The notes below the pieces were generated by a model. It had not been told where the DNA came from, did not search any database, and was given only the letters and a program-made list of their open reading frames with translations. A DNA stretch of 64,000 nt from Nitrospira sp. (lineage in GTDB: Bacteria; Nitrospirota; Thermodesulfovibrionia; Thermodesulfovibrionales; SM23-35), in assembly GCA_016873615.1 (NCBI GenBank), contig VGWX01000002.1, positions 5,101 through 69,100 on the forward strand. The letters run 5' to 3'. The number at the start of each line of letters is the position of its first letter. The stretch's first letter is position 1. Of this stretch, positions 54,978-62,371 are shown piece by piece. Made by a program: the position numbers and the translations under genes.

Positions 54978-56360
54978 CTATTTCTTATGGCACTGGATGC
55001 AGAGTTGTCTCTTTCTGTCGAAATAGAGCATAAAATCCGCTTTGGCAGAATGCATGCTGTGGCAGGTAATACAGGTAATTCCCTTGCCATTGCGCGGGTC
55101 TTTTACATTTTCTCCCAGGGGGTGAGTAATCTTGTGCTGCTGGGTATGACACTTTGCACATGTATGTATATCGTCTGCCCTGAAGTAGAGTACATTACGG
55201 GAATGGGGAGGGGCATGACAATCAAAGCATTTCCTGTCTTTCACAGGAACACATCTTATAGATTTCAATGCCTTCTCCATAAAAAGCGTTCTCTTTTCGG
55301 TAGTTTCGTGGCAGGAATAGCATAAAAGCGTTTCCTTGCCTGTAAGATTCTTCCTTTTTGAAGCGTGATGGCTGTGGCACATGGTGCATTCGCCCTTCTT
55401 ATTGTCGATGTGAACATCGTTTTCCTTTATTACAAAAGTGTCTTTCTTATGACAGTTGAGACATAATGCCTTTCCGGACAATTTCGTTGTTACCTTTTTA
55501 CCGGATTCGATAGGGTGATGGCATTCTTCACACTTCATTTCCAGAAATGCCTTATGTCCATAAGGTCCGAGACGGCCCCTTGTATTGGAAGAGTGCCCGC
55601 TGTGGCATGATGTGCAGTCTGATTTGTCTATTGCAGCCGTTATTGAAACCCCTGCAACCTTGCATCCGGCAAAATGACATTTACGGCATAAAGCATTGGG
55701 AGTTCCAAGGATCAGATCCTCTGACGAAGATGCATGCGGATCATGGCAGGATGAGCATTGCCCTTCCTTGAATGGATTGTGCAGAAAAGATTTTTTCAAT
55801 TCGTCTTTCAAATGTCCATGGCAACCCCAGCACAGGTCTTTTTGAGCTTTCACCAATAGTTTTTTATTGTCACTGCCATGGGCATGATGGCAATCCGTAC
55901 ATGTTCCCCTTCTCACCGCATTATGCACGAAATTCTTCTTTAACGCCTTATTTATCCCTTCGTGACAGGAGAGGCATAAGGAATTAATATCCTCCTTAAG
56001 AAGACCTTTCACACTCCCTGCATGAGAATTATGACATGAATTGCATTTCCCATCCTTAAAAGGAAAATGAACCGAGTTGCGTGTCAGGCTGTCTTTAAGC
56101 TTTATATGACACCTGTAGCAGAGATCAGGCGCTTTTTCTTTAAGATCACCCTGAGCATAGGCGAAAACAGCGAATAGCGTAGAGGTAAGAGCTAAGAGTA
56201 CGAAGCATATAGCATATTGCATATAGCGTAGAGCTGTTAGCGAAGAGCTTGGAGCAAAGAGCTTAGAGTCTTTAGCTCTTGGCTCTTTACCCTTGGCTCT
56301 TTGCTCCTGGCTCCTTGCTCTTGGCTTATTCATGACAGGCTCTGCAATCACCTTTTCCAA
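54978..56360 (-). CDS. periplasmic multihaem cytochrome, 16 CxxCH
   Basis: 16 CxxCH counted by hand in paired-CxxCH spacing. The start is ambiguous: 56360, 56333 (MNKPRARS, ATGAATAA overlap with the upstream stop) or 56222 (MQYAICFVLLALTSTLFAVFAYA, a clean signal peptide). Confidence 0.85.
   Translation of the reverse strand: MEKVIAEPVMNKPRARSQEQRAKGKEPRAKDSKLFAPSSSLTALRYMQYAICFVLLALTSTLFAVFAYAQGDLKEKAPDLCYRCHIKLKDSLTRNSVHFPFKDGKCNSCHNSHAGSVKGLLKEDINSLCLSCHEGINKALKKNFVHNAVRRGTCTDCHHAHGSDNKKLLVKAQKDLCWGCHGHLKDELKKSFLHNPFKEGQCSSCHDPHASSSEDLILGTPNALCRKCHFAGCKVAGVSITAAIDKSDCTSCHSGHSSNTRGRLGPYGHKAFLEMKCEECHHPIESGKKVTTKLSGKALCLNCHKKDTFVIKENDVHIDNKKGECTMCHSHHASKRKNLTGKETLLCYSCHETTEKRTLFMEKALKSIRCVPVKDRKCFDCHAPPHSRNVLYFRADDIHTCAKCHTQQHKITHPLGENVKDPRNGKGITCITCHSMHSAKADFMLYFDRKRQLCIQCHKK
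56176..56329. repeat. 22 consecutive 7-bp units in perfect register, with internal dyad symmetry
   Basis: AGCGTAG AGGTAAG AGCTAAG AGTACGA AGCATAT AGCATAT TGCATAT AGCGTAG AGCTGTT AGCGAAG AGCTTGG AGCAAAG AGCTTAG AGTCTTT AGCTCTT GGCTCTT TACCCTT GGCTCTT TGCTCCT GGCTCCT TGCTCTT GGCTTAT. 154 bp = 22 x 7. Confidence 0.85.
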
Positions 56361-58275
56361 AAGGATTGTGTTTGTTTTTTCTTAACATACCCTGTTTTTC
56401 AGTAACATGCGGCTCATGACATGAAAGACAATGTTTTATATTTGCTATAGGCTTCATGTGTGCCTTCAACAGCTTTTCCGAATCAGCTGTATGGCATTTA
56501 ACACACAAGTCCGGGTCCTTTGCATTAACCATTGATTTCGAAACCGAGAAATGTGACAGATGACAGCTGAGGCAGTCGCCTTTTTCCATATCGATATGCC
56601 CTTTTCTTGCAGTGGTCGTAACGATCCTTTCATGACATGACAGACAGAGTTCTTTCGGCCTGTTTAAAAGCAGGTTATCCATCCTGGTTCCATGGGCGCT
56701 ATGACAAGCCGAACATTTCCCTTCTTCGGCAGGCAGATGTTTAACAGCGCTTGCCGCCATATCCGTCTCCATTTTCCTGTGGCAATCAAAACATAGATCG
56801 GGCATCGCCTTAATCGCATGACCTGCATATTCACTTGCATGAGGGTCGTGACATTTCCCGCAGGTCTTTTCCTTAAATGGTTTGTGTACGGATCCTTCCT
56901 TCAGGTCGAGAAGCATATTCCCGTGACAGCTCATGCAGAGCTGGTCCGGCATATTGTTTAATAATTTCGGGTAAGAAGAGGCATGAGGTTTATGACAGGA
57001 GATGCATTTTCTGTTATTGACGGGATTATGGATATATGTCTTGAAGAAATCTTTTTCCTCTTTTTTATGACATGTGTAACACAAGCCGGAGACGGGGGTT
57101 TTCATCATATGCGGATTATTGCTGCCATGTGAGTCATGACAGCTGCCGCATTCCACCTTTGAAAAAGGCATATGCATGTTTTTTTCCTGCAGCTCCTTTT
57201 CTGTCTTTACGTGGCATGTAAAACAGAGCTTTTTCCCTGATGCCTTCAGATAGAATGGGTTGGGAGAAGCATGCGGGTTATGGCACGCTGTGCAGCCCTT
57301 GTCTTTAATCGGAGCATGCAAAGCGCTCACCTTTAACAGGTCTGTTTTTTTCTTGTGGCAGTTTATGCAGAGGTCATTTTTGTCCATGAGTGTAACCTTT
57401 GCATAATCAGTCGCGTGGGGGCTGTGGCAGCTCAGACATTTATCTTCATCTGCAGGACGGTGTCTGTGTGCCTCTCTGAATTCCTTTTCCTCCTTTTTAT
57501 GGCAGGTGTAGCAGAGTTTCCCGCCGGAGGCTACAACATCTAACGGTTTGGGGTCGTTCACTGCCTTGTGGCACGATGAGCACTGACCGGTTTTCAAAGG
57601 CGCATGGATCGACTCCCTGAGAAGTTTTTGATTTGTCGAACTGTGCGGGGTATGACATCCGCTGCATCTGCCTTTTTGAACAGGATAGTCTTTATGGGCC
57701 ATTCTGAATTTATCGGCAGTTACATTATGGCATGTCTGGCAGAGTTCAAGTTCAGGTTTCAACAGGTTGTTCTCATATTGCGAACCGTGAGCCGAATGGC
57801 ACGTGATACATCCGTCTGACATCGGTTTATGTCTTTTGGCGCGCGTGAAAGGCGTCTGATTATGACAGGTAAAGCACTGCTCGCTCCCTGTCTTTTTCTG
57901 AAGTGACTTGTTTTCCGATGCATGAGGATTATGACAGGGAAGGCATTTGCTCTGCTTCAGCGCAGTATGAACATGTGTTGTATTTTCGATATTTGCTGCC
58001 ATCTGTTTATGACATGTGAAACAGAGCCTTCTCTCTTCTCTCTCCTTAAGGGTCAATACGGCAATCTTTCCGTGACGGAGATGACATGCCTCACAGTCCC
58101 TCTTTGCGGCAGGGGAGTGGACATACTTCTTCTGGAATTCAGTCAGTTTTGTTTTATGACAATCCAGGCACGGCTTTGCCACAAATCCTTTACGCACTGT
58201 TTGTTCAGGCGCACAGGTATAAAAAAGAATACCGAAGATGAAGAGCGCCGGAAGAAGGTTAATTAATCTTTTCAT
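56326..58275 (-). CDS. periplasmic multihaem cytochrome, 26 CxxCH
   Basis: 649 aa. 26 CxxCH counted by hand in a regular VH.P....C..CH.PH / LC..CH doubled-CxxCH pattern. N-terminal hydrophobic segment ending FYTC. Confidence 0.9.
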   Translation of the reverse strand: MKRLINLLPALFIFGILFYTCAPEQTVRKGFVAKPCLDCHKTKLTEFQKKYVHSPAAKRDCEACHLRHGKIAVLTLKEREERRLCFTCHKQMAANIENTTHVHTALKQSKCLPCHNPHASENKSLQKKTGSEQCFTCHNQTPFTRAKRHKPMSDGCITCHSAHGSQYENNLLKPELELCQTCHNVTADKFRMAHKDYPVQKGRCSGCHTPHSSTNQKLLRESIHAPLKTGQCSSCHKAVNDPKPLDVVASGGKLCYTCHKKEEKEFREAHRHRPADEDKCLSCHSPHATDYAKVTLMDKNDLCINCHKKKTDLLKVSALHAPIKDKGCTACHNPHASPNPFYLKASGKKLCFTCHVKTEKELQEKNMHMPFSKVECGSCHDSHGSNNPHMMKTPVSGLCYTCHKKEEKDFFKTYIHNPVNNRKCISCHKPHASSYPKLLNNMPDQLCMSCHGNMLLDLKEGSVHKPFKEKTCGKCHDPHASEYAGHAIKAMPDLCFDCHRKMETDMAASAVKHLPAEEGKCSACHSAHGTRMDNLLLNRPKELCLSCHERIVTTTARKGHIDMEKGDCLSCHLSHFSVSKSMVNAKDPDLCVKCHTADSEKLLKAHMKPIANIKHCLSCHEPHVTEKQGMLRKNKHNPFGKGDCRACHE

Positions 58276-58309
58276 AATTTATTCCATGAGTTCCAGAATT
58301 AATGAACTA

Positions 58310-58415
58310 CCCCGCAGCAAGCTGCGAGGTATCTTATATGCAACATGTGCTTAGGTAAACATCCCCCCTCAAGAGGGAGGTTATATGTATATAACCCCGA
58401 AGCAGAGCTTCGAGG
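58310..58415. repeat. two related GC hairpins (REP-like) in the PPIase-cytochrome intercistronic gap
   Basis: CCCCGCAGCAAGCTGCGAGG (58310-58329) and CCCCGAAGCAGAGCTTCGAGG (58395-58415) share the frame CCCCG-xAGC-loop-GCTx-CGAGG. Confidence 0.6.
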
Positions 58416-58472
58416 AATTCGTTGATTAAATAATTATCAATAAGCATATGCTATATGTCAAGCAAAATTATT

Positions 58473-59876
58473 TTACTGGTTAAATTTTTTTTCAATAGCC
58501 TGTATCTCTTCTTCATTTATCTTTACCTCGGCGTCTTTCTTCAGTTTGTCTATATACCTGTTCAATTTGGTGTTCACCTGTTCATTTACGTATGCTTTAT
58601 GCACGTTATTCCTGACCCTGGCATATTCTTCGTTCACTTCCCCTGTTCTATCCTGTATCCTGAATATTTTATATAACGAATCAATCGTGATTACCGGACT
58701 TATTTCTCCTGTCTGCAGGTTATCTATTATTTCAAGAACTGGTTTCGGCAGTTCCGCCTTTGTAAACCATCCGGACTCTCCGCCCGTGGATGCAGCAGAA
58801 TCAGTTGATCTTCTTTTTGCAACCCAGGAAAAATCAGCGCCATTCTGAAGGCTTTTCAATATTTCCTGCGCGTCATCCATGGTTTTTACGGTAATCTGCT
58901 GGATTTTAAAACGGACCGGTCTGATAAAGTCTTTCTGATGTTCTGTATAGTAGTCCTGCAGATTCTTTTCTGTGACGACTATCTGGGGAATAATTACCCT
59001 TTTGATGTATGTATTTTTGAGAAGCTGGTTTTCATAACGGTCAACCATCTTCCGGAATCCTGGATTCATTCTGTAATTCCGCCTGAGGGCCTCGTGATCC
59101 ACTGCTTTACGGTCGATCCATTTCTCAAGTATATCTTCCTTTTTTGGTTTCTTGAGAGCAGGCGTGATCATGGCAAAAAAATCTCCCACCGTCAGGATCG
59201 AACTGTTTATCTCTGCCAACTTCCTTGGATCTTTAGACCATTTCTCAGTATCCTCTTTCTTCCCGTCCGGCTCTATCTCAGAAAGAAGTTCCTTGTCAAT
59301 CTTAACAGTAATTTTTTCACGAAGGGATTTCAGATATTCATCGCCCCGCTCTTTCTCCCTTTGTTTCCTGATCTCCTTTGCTATTCCGGCCTTAACACTA
59401 TCAAATTCTTTATTCTCATAATTCTTTGCATGGTAGTCTTTGATTTCTTTTTCTGTTACTGAAACCTTCTGCACAATCTCCTCGTCATGCAGCCTTACAA
59501 CAGATTCCCTCAGGACATATGCAGCAACAGCCTGGTGAAGCTCCGGATACGTGTCCATTCCGGCATTGCGCGCTTCGTTGATGATTAATCTGTCATCTAT
59601 CTGCTTCTGAACATGCTGAGTTAAATTCAGGGCGCCTGCTGTCGAGAGGTCCTCTCTGCGGTGGGCAATATTCAAAGTATATTTAAGATCTTCCTCTGTT
59701 ATCGGCTCACCGTCAACAACCGCCAGAACCGGCTCTTTTTGCGAAAGCGATGCACAACCACCAAAAAAGAGCAAAGAGCTTAGAGCAAAGAGCACAAAGC
59801 GTAAAAAATAAATTTCAATGCCCGTTGTTCGTTGTTTTCTGCTCTTCGCTCTTGGCTCTTGGCTCTTTATCTCCAT
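58473..59876 (-). CDS. SurA-like lipoprotein peptidyl-prolyl isomerase (parvulin domain)
   Basis: 467 aa. Lipobox-like LLFFGGCAS. SurA-N-like helical region. PpiC domain (FKIQQITVKTMDDAQEILKSLQNGADFSWVAKRRSTDSAS..GGESGWF). Confidence 0.8.
   Translation of the reverse strand: MEIKSQEPRAKSRKQRTTGIEIYFLRFVLFALSSLLFFGGCASLSQKEPVLAVVDGEPITEEDLKYTLNIAHRREDLSTAGALNLTQHVQKQIDDRLIINEARNAGMDTYPELHQAVAAYVLRESVVRLHDEEIVQKVSVTEKEIKDYHAKNYENKEFDSVKAGIAKEIRKQREKERGDEYLKSLREKITVKIDKELLSEIEPDGKKEDTEKWSKDPRKLAEINSSILTVGDFFAMITPALKKPKKEDILEKWIDRKAVDHEALRRNYRMNPGFRKMVDRYENQLLKNTYIKRVIIPQIVVTEKNLQDYYTEHQKDFIRPVRFKIQQITVKTMDDAQEILKSLQNGADFSWVAKRRSTDSAASTGGESGWFTKAELPKPVLEIIDNLQTGEISPVITIDSLYKIFRIQDRTGEVNEEYARVRNNVHKAYVNEQVNTKLNRYIDKLKKDAEVKINEEEIQAIEKKFNQ
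59770..59874. repeat. 15 seven-bp units in register, two arms of opposite polarity
   Basis: AGCAAAG AGCTTAG AGCAAAG AGCACAA AGCGTAA ... TGCTCTT CGCTCTT GGCTCTT GGCTCTT. 105 bp = 15 x 7. Encodes MEIKSQEPRAKSRKQ...FVLFALSSLLFF of the PPIase. Confidence 0.8.
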
Positions 59877-60889
59877 GTTGTTTTACCCATTTCCTTCACC
59901 AGATTTGATACTGCCTTGTAAGCCACAGTCTCTGCAGCATTCATCCTTCCCATATCGAACACAAATATATTGTCATCGCCTTTAGTGTCATTGCTGTCAG
60001 ACCACAATAATCTGTCTTTATGAGCATCTATTAATCTTGCGTTTACAGAAGCTTCAGGCGGCATAGCGCCTTCCCCTTCAGAGAATTTTTCCACAGTTCC
60101 AACGATGATTCCATCTACACCCGAGGCGCCTGATATAGCTGCTGTTTTTTTCAGGTCTAATTCCCCTTTCTCTTTTACCCTTAAATCAACTACCAGCCGT
60201 CTTACTTCACCGTATTCTACAGGAATGAATCTTTTGTTTTTAAATAGCTCCACTATGAACATGTATGTCACTGCTATCCCGGCGTCTTTCACCCTGCTAT
60301 TGTTCTGAAAAGGCATTACAGCAATTCTATATGTCGACTCCATTTCTTTATTCGGCAGACTAAGGGTAAGAGAACTGTGCAATTTGCCTATGACCTTAAC
60401 TGCAAGCGCATCAATGATTGTTATAGTTCCAAGTCCCAGGATTCCGGTAAAATCATCTCCTGTTGCAGATGCATGATCCGCCCATATAATATCCCCGGTT
60501 AAAGAATCTACAAGACGCGCTGAAAAACCTATCCGTGGATTTTCTCCGCTATAGAAGGAATTGATTGATCCTATAAATACCGTCTTAACATTCAACTCTT
60601 CTCCCAATTTTAGCGCAAGGTCTTTTGTTATATATCCGGTGCATCTGATTCTTTCCTTAAGCAGAAATTTCTCAAGAGTATCTTCATCGAGCACATCAAG
60701 CCCTATTGACTCTAACCCGTCCCTCACCAAAGGCATGACAAATGCCACGGCATTTTTATCTTCACTAAGGTTTTCAAATGGAAACAGAGCTATTCTTCCG
60801 TAAAAATCCTTCTGGGCAGTATGCCCTGAATTAACAGCAAAGAACATAGAGCATAGAGCTATTAGCAAAGGGTATAGAACAAAAAACAT
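59867..60889 (-). CDS. secreted protein with two tandem GNA1162/LpoB/CsgG-N-like domains
   Basis: Start at MFFVLYPLLIALCSMFFAV (60889); the ORF stays open to 61090. Two repeats each starting RIA[LV].PF.N.S and ending ..ARL[VI]D...........W.D. Confidence 0.65.
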   Translation of the reverse strand: MFFVLYPLLIALCSMFFAVNSGHTAQKDFYGRIALFPFENLSEDKNAVAFVMPLVRDGLESIGLDVLDEDTLEKFLLKERIRCTGYITKDLALKLGEELNVKTVFIGSINSFYSGENPRIGFSARLVDSLTGDIIWADHASATGDDFTGILGLGTITIIDALAVKVIGKLHSSLTLSLPNKEMESTYRIAVMPFQNNSRVKDAGIAVTYMFIVELFKNKRFIPVEYGEVRRLVVDLRVKEKGELDLKKTAAISGASGVDGIIVGTVEKFSEGEGAMPPEASVNARLIDAHKDRLLWSDSNDTKGDDNIFVFDMGRMNAAETVAYKAVSNLVKEMGKTTWR

Positions 60890-60919
60890 AGAGTTTTTAA
60901 CTCTTCGCTCTTTGCACTT
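60843..60919. repeat. 11 seven-bp units in register
   Basis: AACATAG AGCATAG AGCTATT AGCAAAG GGTATAG AACAAAA AACATAG AGTTTTT AACTCTT CGCTCTT TGCACTT. Overlaps the signal-peptide codons and the 60889 start. Confidence 0.7.
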
Positions 60920-60952
60920 GCTAATAAGAGCATAATTAAAACCACATGGTAT

Positions 60953-61016
60953 GTCATTCCCGCTTGTCGGGAATCCTTCTGAAAAGCAAGAAAGATTGCG
61001 GACAAGCCGCAATGAC
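60953..61016. repeat. MITE-like palindromic element, GTCATTCC family (copy 2, 64 bp, inside an open reading frame)
   Basis: GTCATTCCCGCTTGTCGGGAATC (60953-60975) and GATTGCGGACAAGCCGCAATGAC (60994-61016). Same termini as 25076-25161. Confidence 0.7.
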
Positions 61017-61057
61017 AATATCGTGAGGAATGTGTACTTGCTTATGATCTCCTTATT

Positions 61058-61092
61058 AGCTTTTAGCTCTTTGTATTTTGCTCTTTGCATTT
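61058..61092. repeat. 5 seven-bp units (AGCTTTT AGCTCTT TGTATTT TGCTCTT TGCATTT)
   Basis: Read directly. Contains the 61090 ATG and encodes MQRAKYKELKA on the minus strand. Confidence 0.65.
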
Positions 61093-61670
61093 TATTTGTA
61101 AAGAGTCTGAATCGCCTCTTTGACCACCTTCAAAGCAGCTTCACTCATAGTGTCTGACCTTGCACCAAAATGCTTTGCCCAAAAATCAACGCCCCCCCTT
61201 GTCTTTGTTACCGACCATATGATACTTCCGGAGCTTGTATCAGCCATCATCAGCGTGATAGAAACTTCCGGAGAGGAGATATTTCCTTCTCTGACTTCCC
61301 CGAATTTGTTGACAGCGCCGAATATGACAGCCTGTACCTTAAGGGCTTTGCCGATAGCTTTTATCTGCTCTGCATTCGGAGACTGGCCTGTTTTTAATTT
61401 CAGGGTTTCGATAGCAGATATCACATCCCCGGGACATGTTACATCAACAAGTCCTGATGCCAGAAACTCGCTGATAACAATATGCCGTACAGCATCACCG
61501 GCAAATCTTTCGTTTGTCAGATTATCCAGAGGCAATACAGCCACCCTTTTTATAAAACTGAAGTCTGTATCCTGATTTATATAATGTGAAGGAGCGGCCT
61601 TCCCTCCACAGCCCGTTAAGAAAAATAATGCAAGCATGCAAATCGCAAAAAATGTTTTCAGCATTCTCAT
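61092..61670 (-). CDS. GNA1162/DUF799-like lipoprotein
   Basis: 192 aa. Lipobox FFLTGCGG. RVAVLPLDNLTNERFAGDAV...VQAVIFGAVNKFG...ITLMMADTSSGSIIWS pattern. Confidence 0.7.
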   Translation of the reverse strand: MRMLKTFFAICMLALFFLTGCGGKAAPSHYINQDTDFSFIKRVAVLPLDNLTNERFAGDAVRHIVISEFLASGLVDVTCPGDVISAIETLKLKTGQSPNAEQIKAIGKALKVQAVIFGAVNKFGEVREGNISSPEVSITLMMADTSSGSIIWSVTKTRGGVDFWAKHFGARSDTMSEAALKVVKEAIQTLYK

Positions 61671-61724
61671 CTTCTCCTGTCTCTCAATAACTTTTTGTTA
61701 AGCAATTTTCACACCAGTAAACCT

Positions 61725-61746
61725 CCCCGCCGCAGAGACGGCGGGG
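61725..61746. repeat. GC-only hairpin CCCCGCCG-CAGAGA-CGGCGGGG
   Basis: 8-bp all-GC stem in the 101-bp gap between the two lipoprotein paralogues. No convincing U-tract on the gene strand. Confidence 0.6.
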
Positions 61747-61771
61747 TATTTAAAAATATTAATAAACAATA

Positions 61772-62371
61772 TCAAAATAATGAACTTATAGACTCCCTTA
61801 CTACCTTCCCGGCAGCTTCACTCAAAGAAGGTCCTTCTGAACCAAAATGTCTGGTCCAGAAGTCAGGGCCGCCGGTTGTATGACGCACAGACCATATAAT
61901 ATTTCCTGATGGTGTGTCGATCAACCGCAAATGAATAGTCACCTCAGGATATGTAACAGAAATCCCCCTGCTTATTCCGAAGGATTCTACCGAACCCATC
62001 ATTACTGTTTTTACATCAAGCGCTTTGCCGATATCCTGTATTTCAGACATTTTCAGTGAACCGACAGATTTGATCTTCAACTCCTTCAAAAGTCTCGTAA
62101 CTTCTCCGGGCTCTGTTACCTCTATCCCTCTAATCAGAAGTTCCGTAATCACAAGCTTCCTGATCTTTTCATGAGCATGTTCATCTGCTGTAAAGTTTTC
62201 AAAAGGCATTGCGGCGATTTTCTTTATTGTGCCGGTGTCGGCTTTCAGCTTTGCAGCAACTCTTGGGCTGCATCCATATGCAAAAACAAACAAAAAGCAT
62301 AGAGCATAGAGCACAGAGCATAGAGCTAATCCACCCACCCCACTCTTAGCTATCCTTACCATAATCTGCAT
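61772..62371 (-). CDS. GNA1162/DUF799-like lipoprotein (paralogue)
   Basis: 199 aa. LFVFAYGCS lipobox-like. KIAAMPFENFTADEHAHEKI...VKTVMMGSVESFG...IHLRLIDTPSGNIIWS. Colinear with 61092-61670. Confidence 0.7.
   Translation of the reverse strand: MQIMVRIAKSGVGGLALCSVLYALCFLFVFAYGCSPRVAAKLKADTGTIKKIAAMPFENFTADEHAHEKIRKLVITELLIRGIEVTEPGEVTRLLKELKIKSVGSLKMSEIQDIGKALDVKTVMMGSVESFGISRGISVTYPEVTIHLRLIDTPSGNIIWSVRHTTGGPDFWTRHFGSEGPSLSEAAGKVVRESISSLF
62296..62330. repeat. 7-bp tandem repeat tract (AGCATAG AGCATAG AGCACAG AGCATAG AGCTAAT)
   Basis: The most regular tract. Encodes LALCSVLYALCFL of the lipoprotein signal peptide. Confidence 0.8.

Noticed and set aside
58363-58380. Apparent hairpin CCCCCCTCAAGAGGGAGG
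   Set aside because: The stem would be only 5 bp with a 2-nt loop, which is sterically implausible. I did not count it with the two better REP-like hairpins beside it.
53427-62330. Could the short tandem repeats be CRISPR arrays?
   Set aside because: The units are 7 bp and directly abutting, with no spacers. They lie inside or at the edges of coding regions. No cas genes are present.
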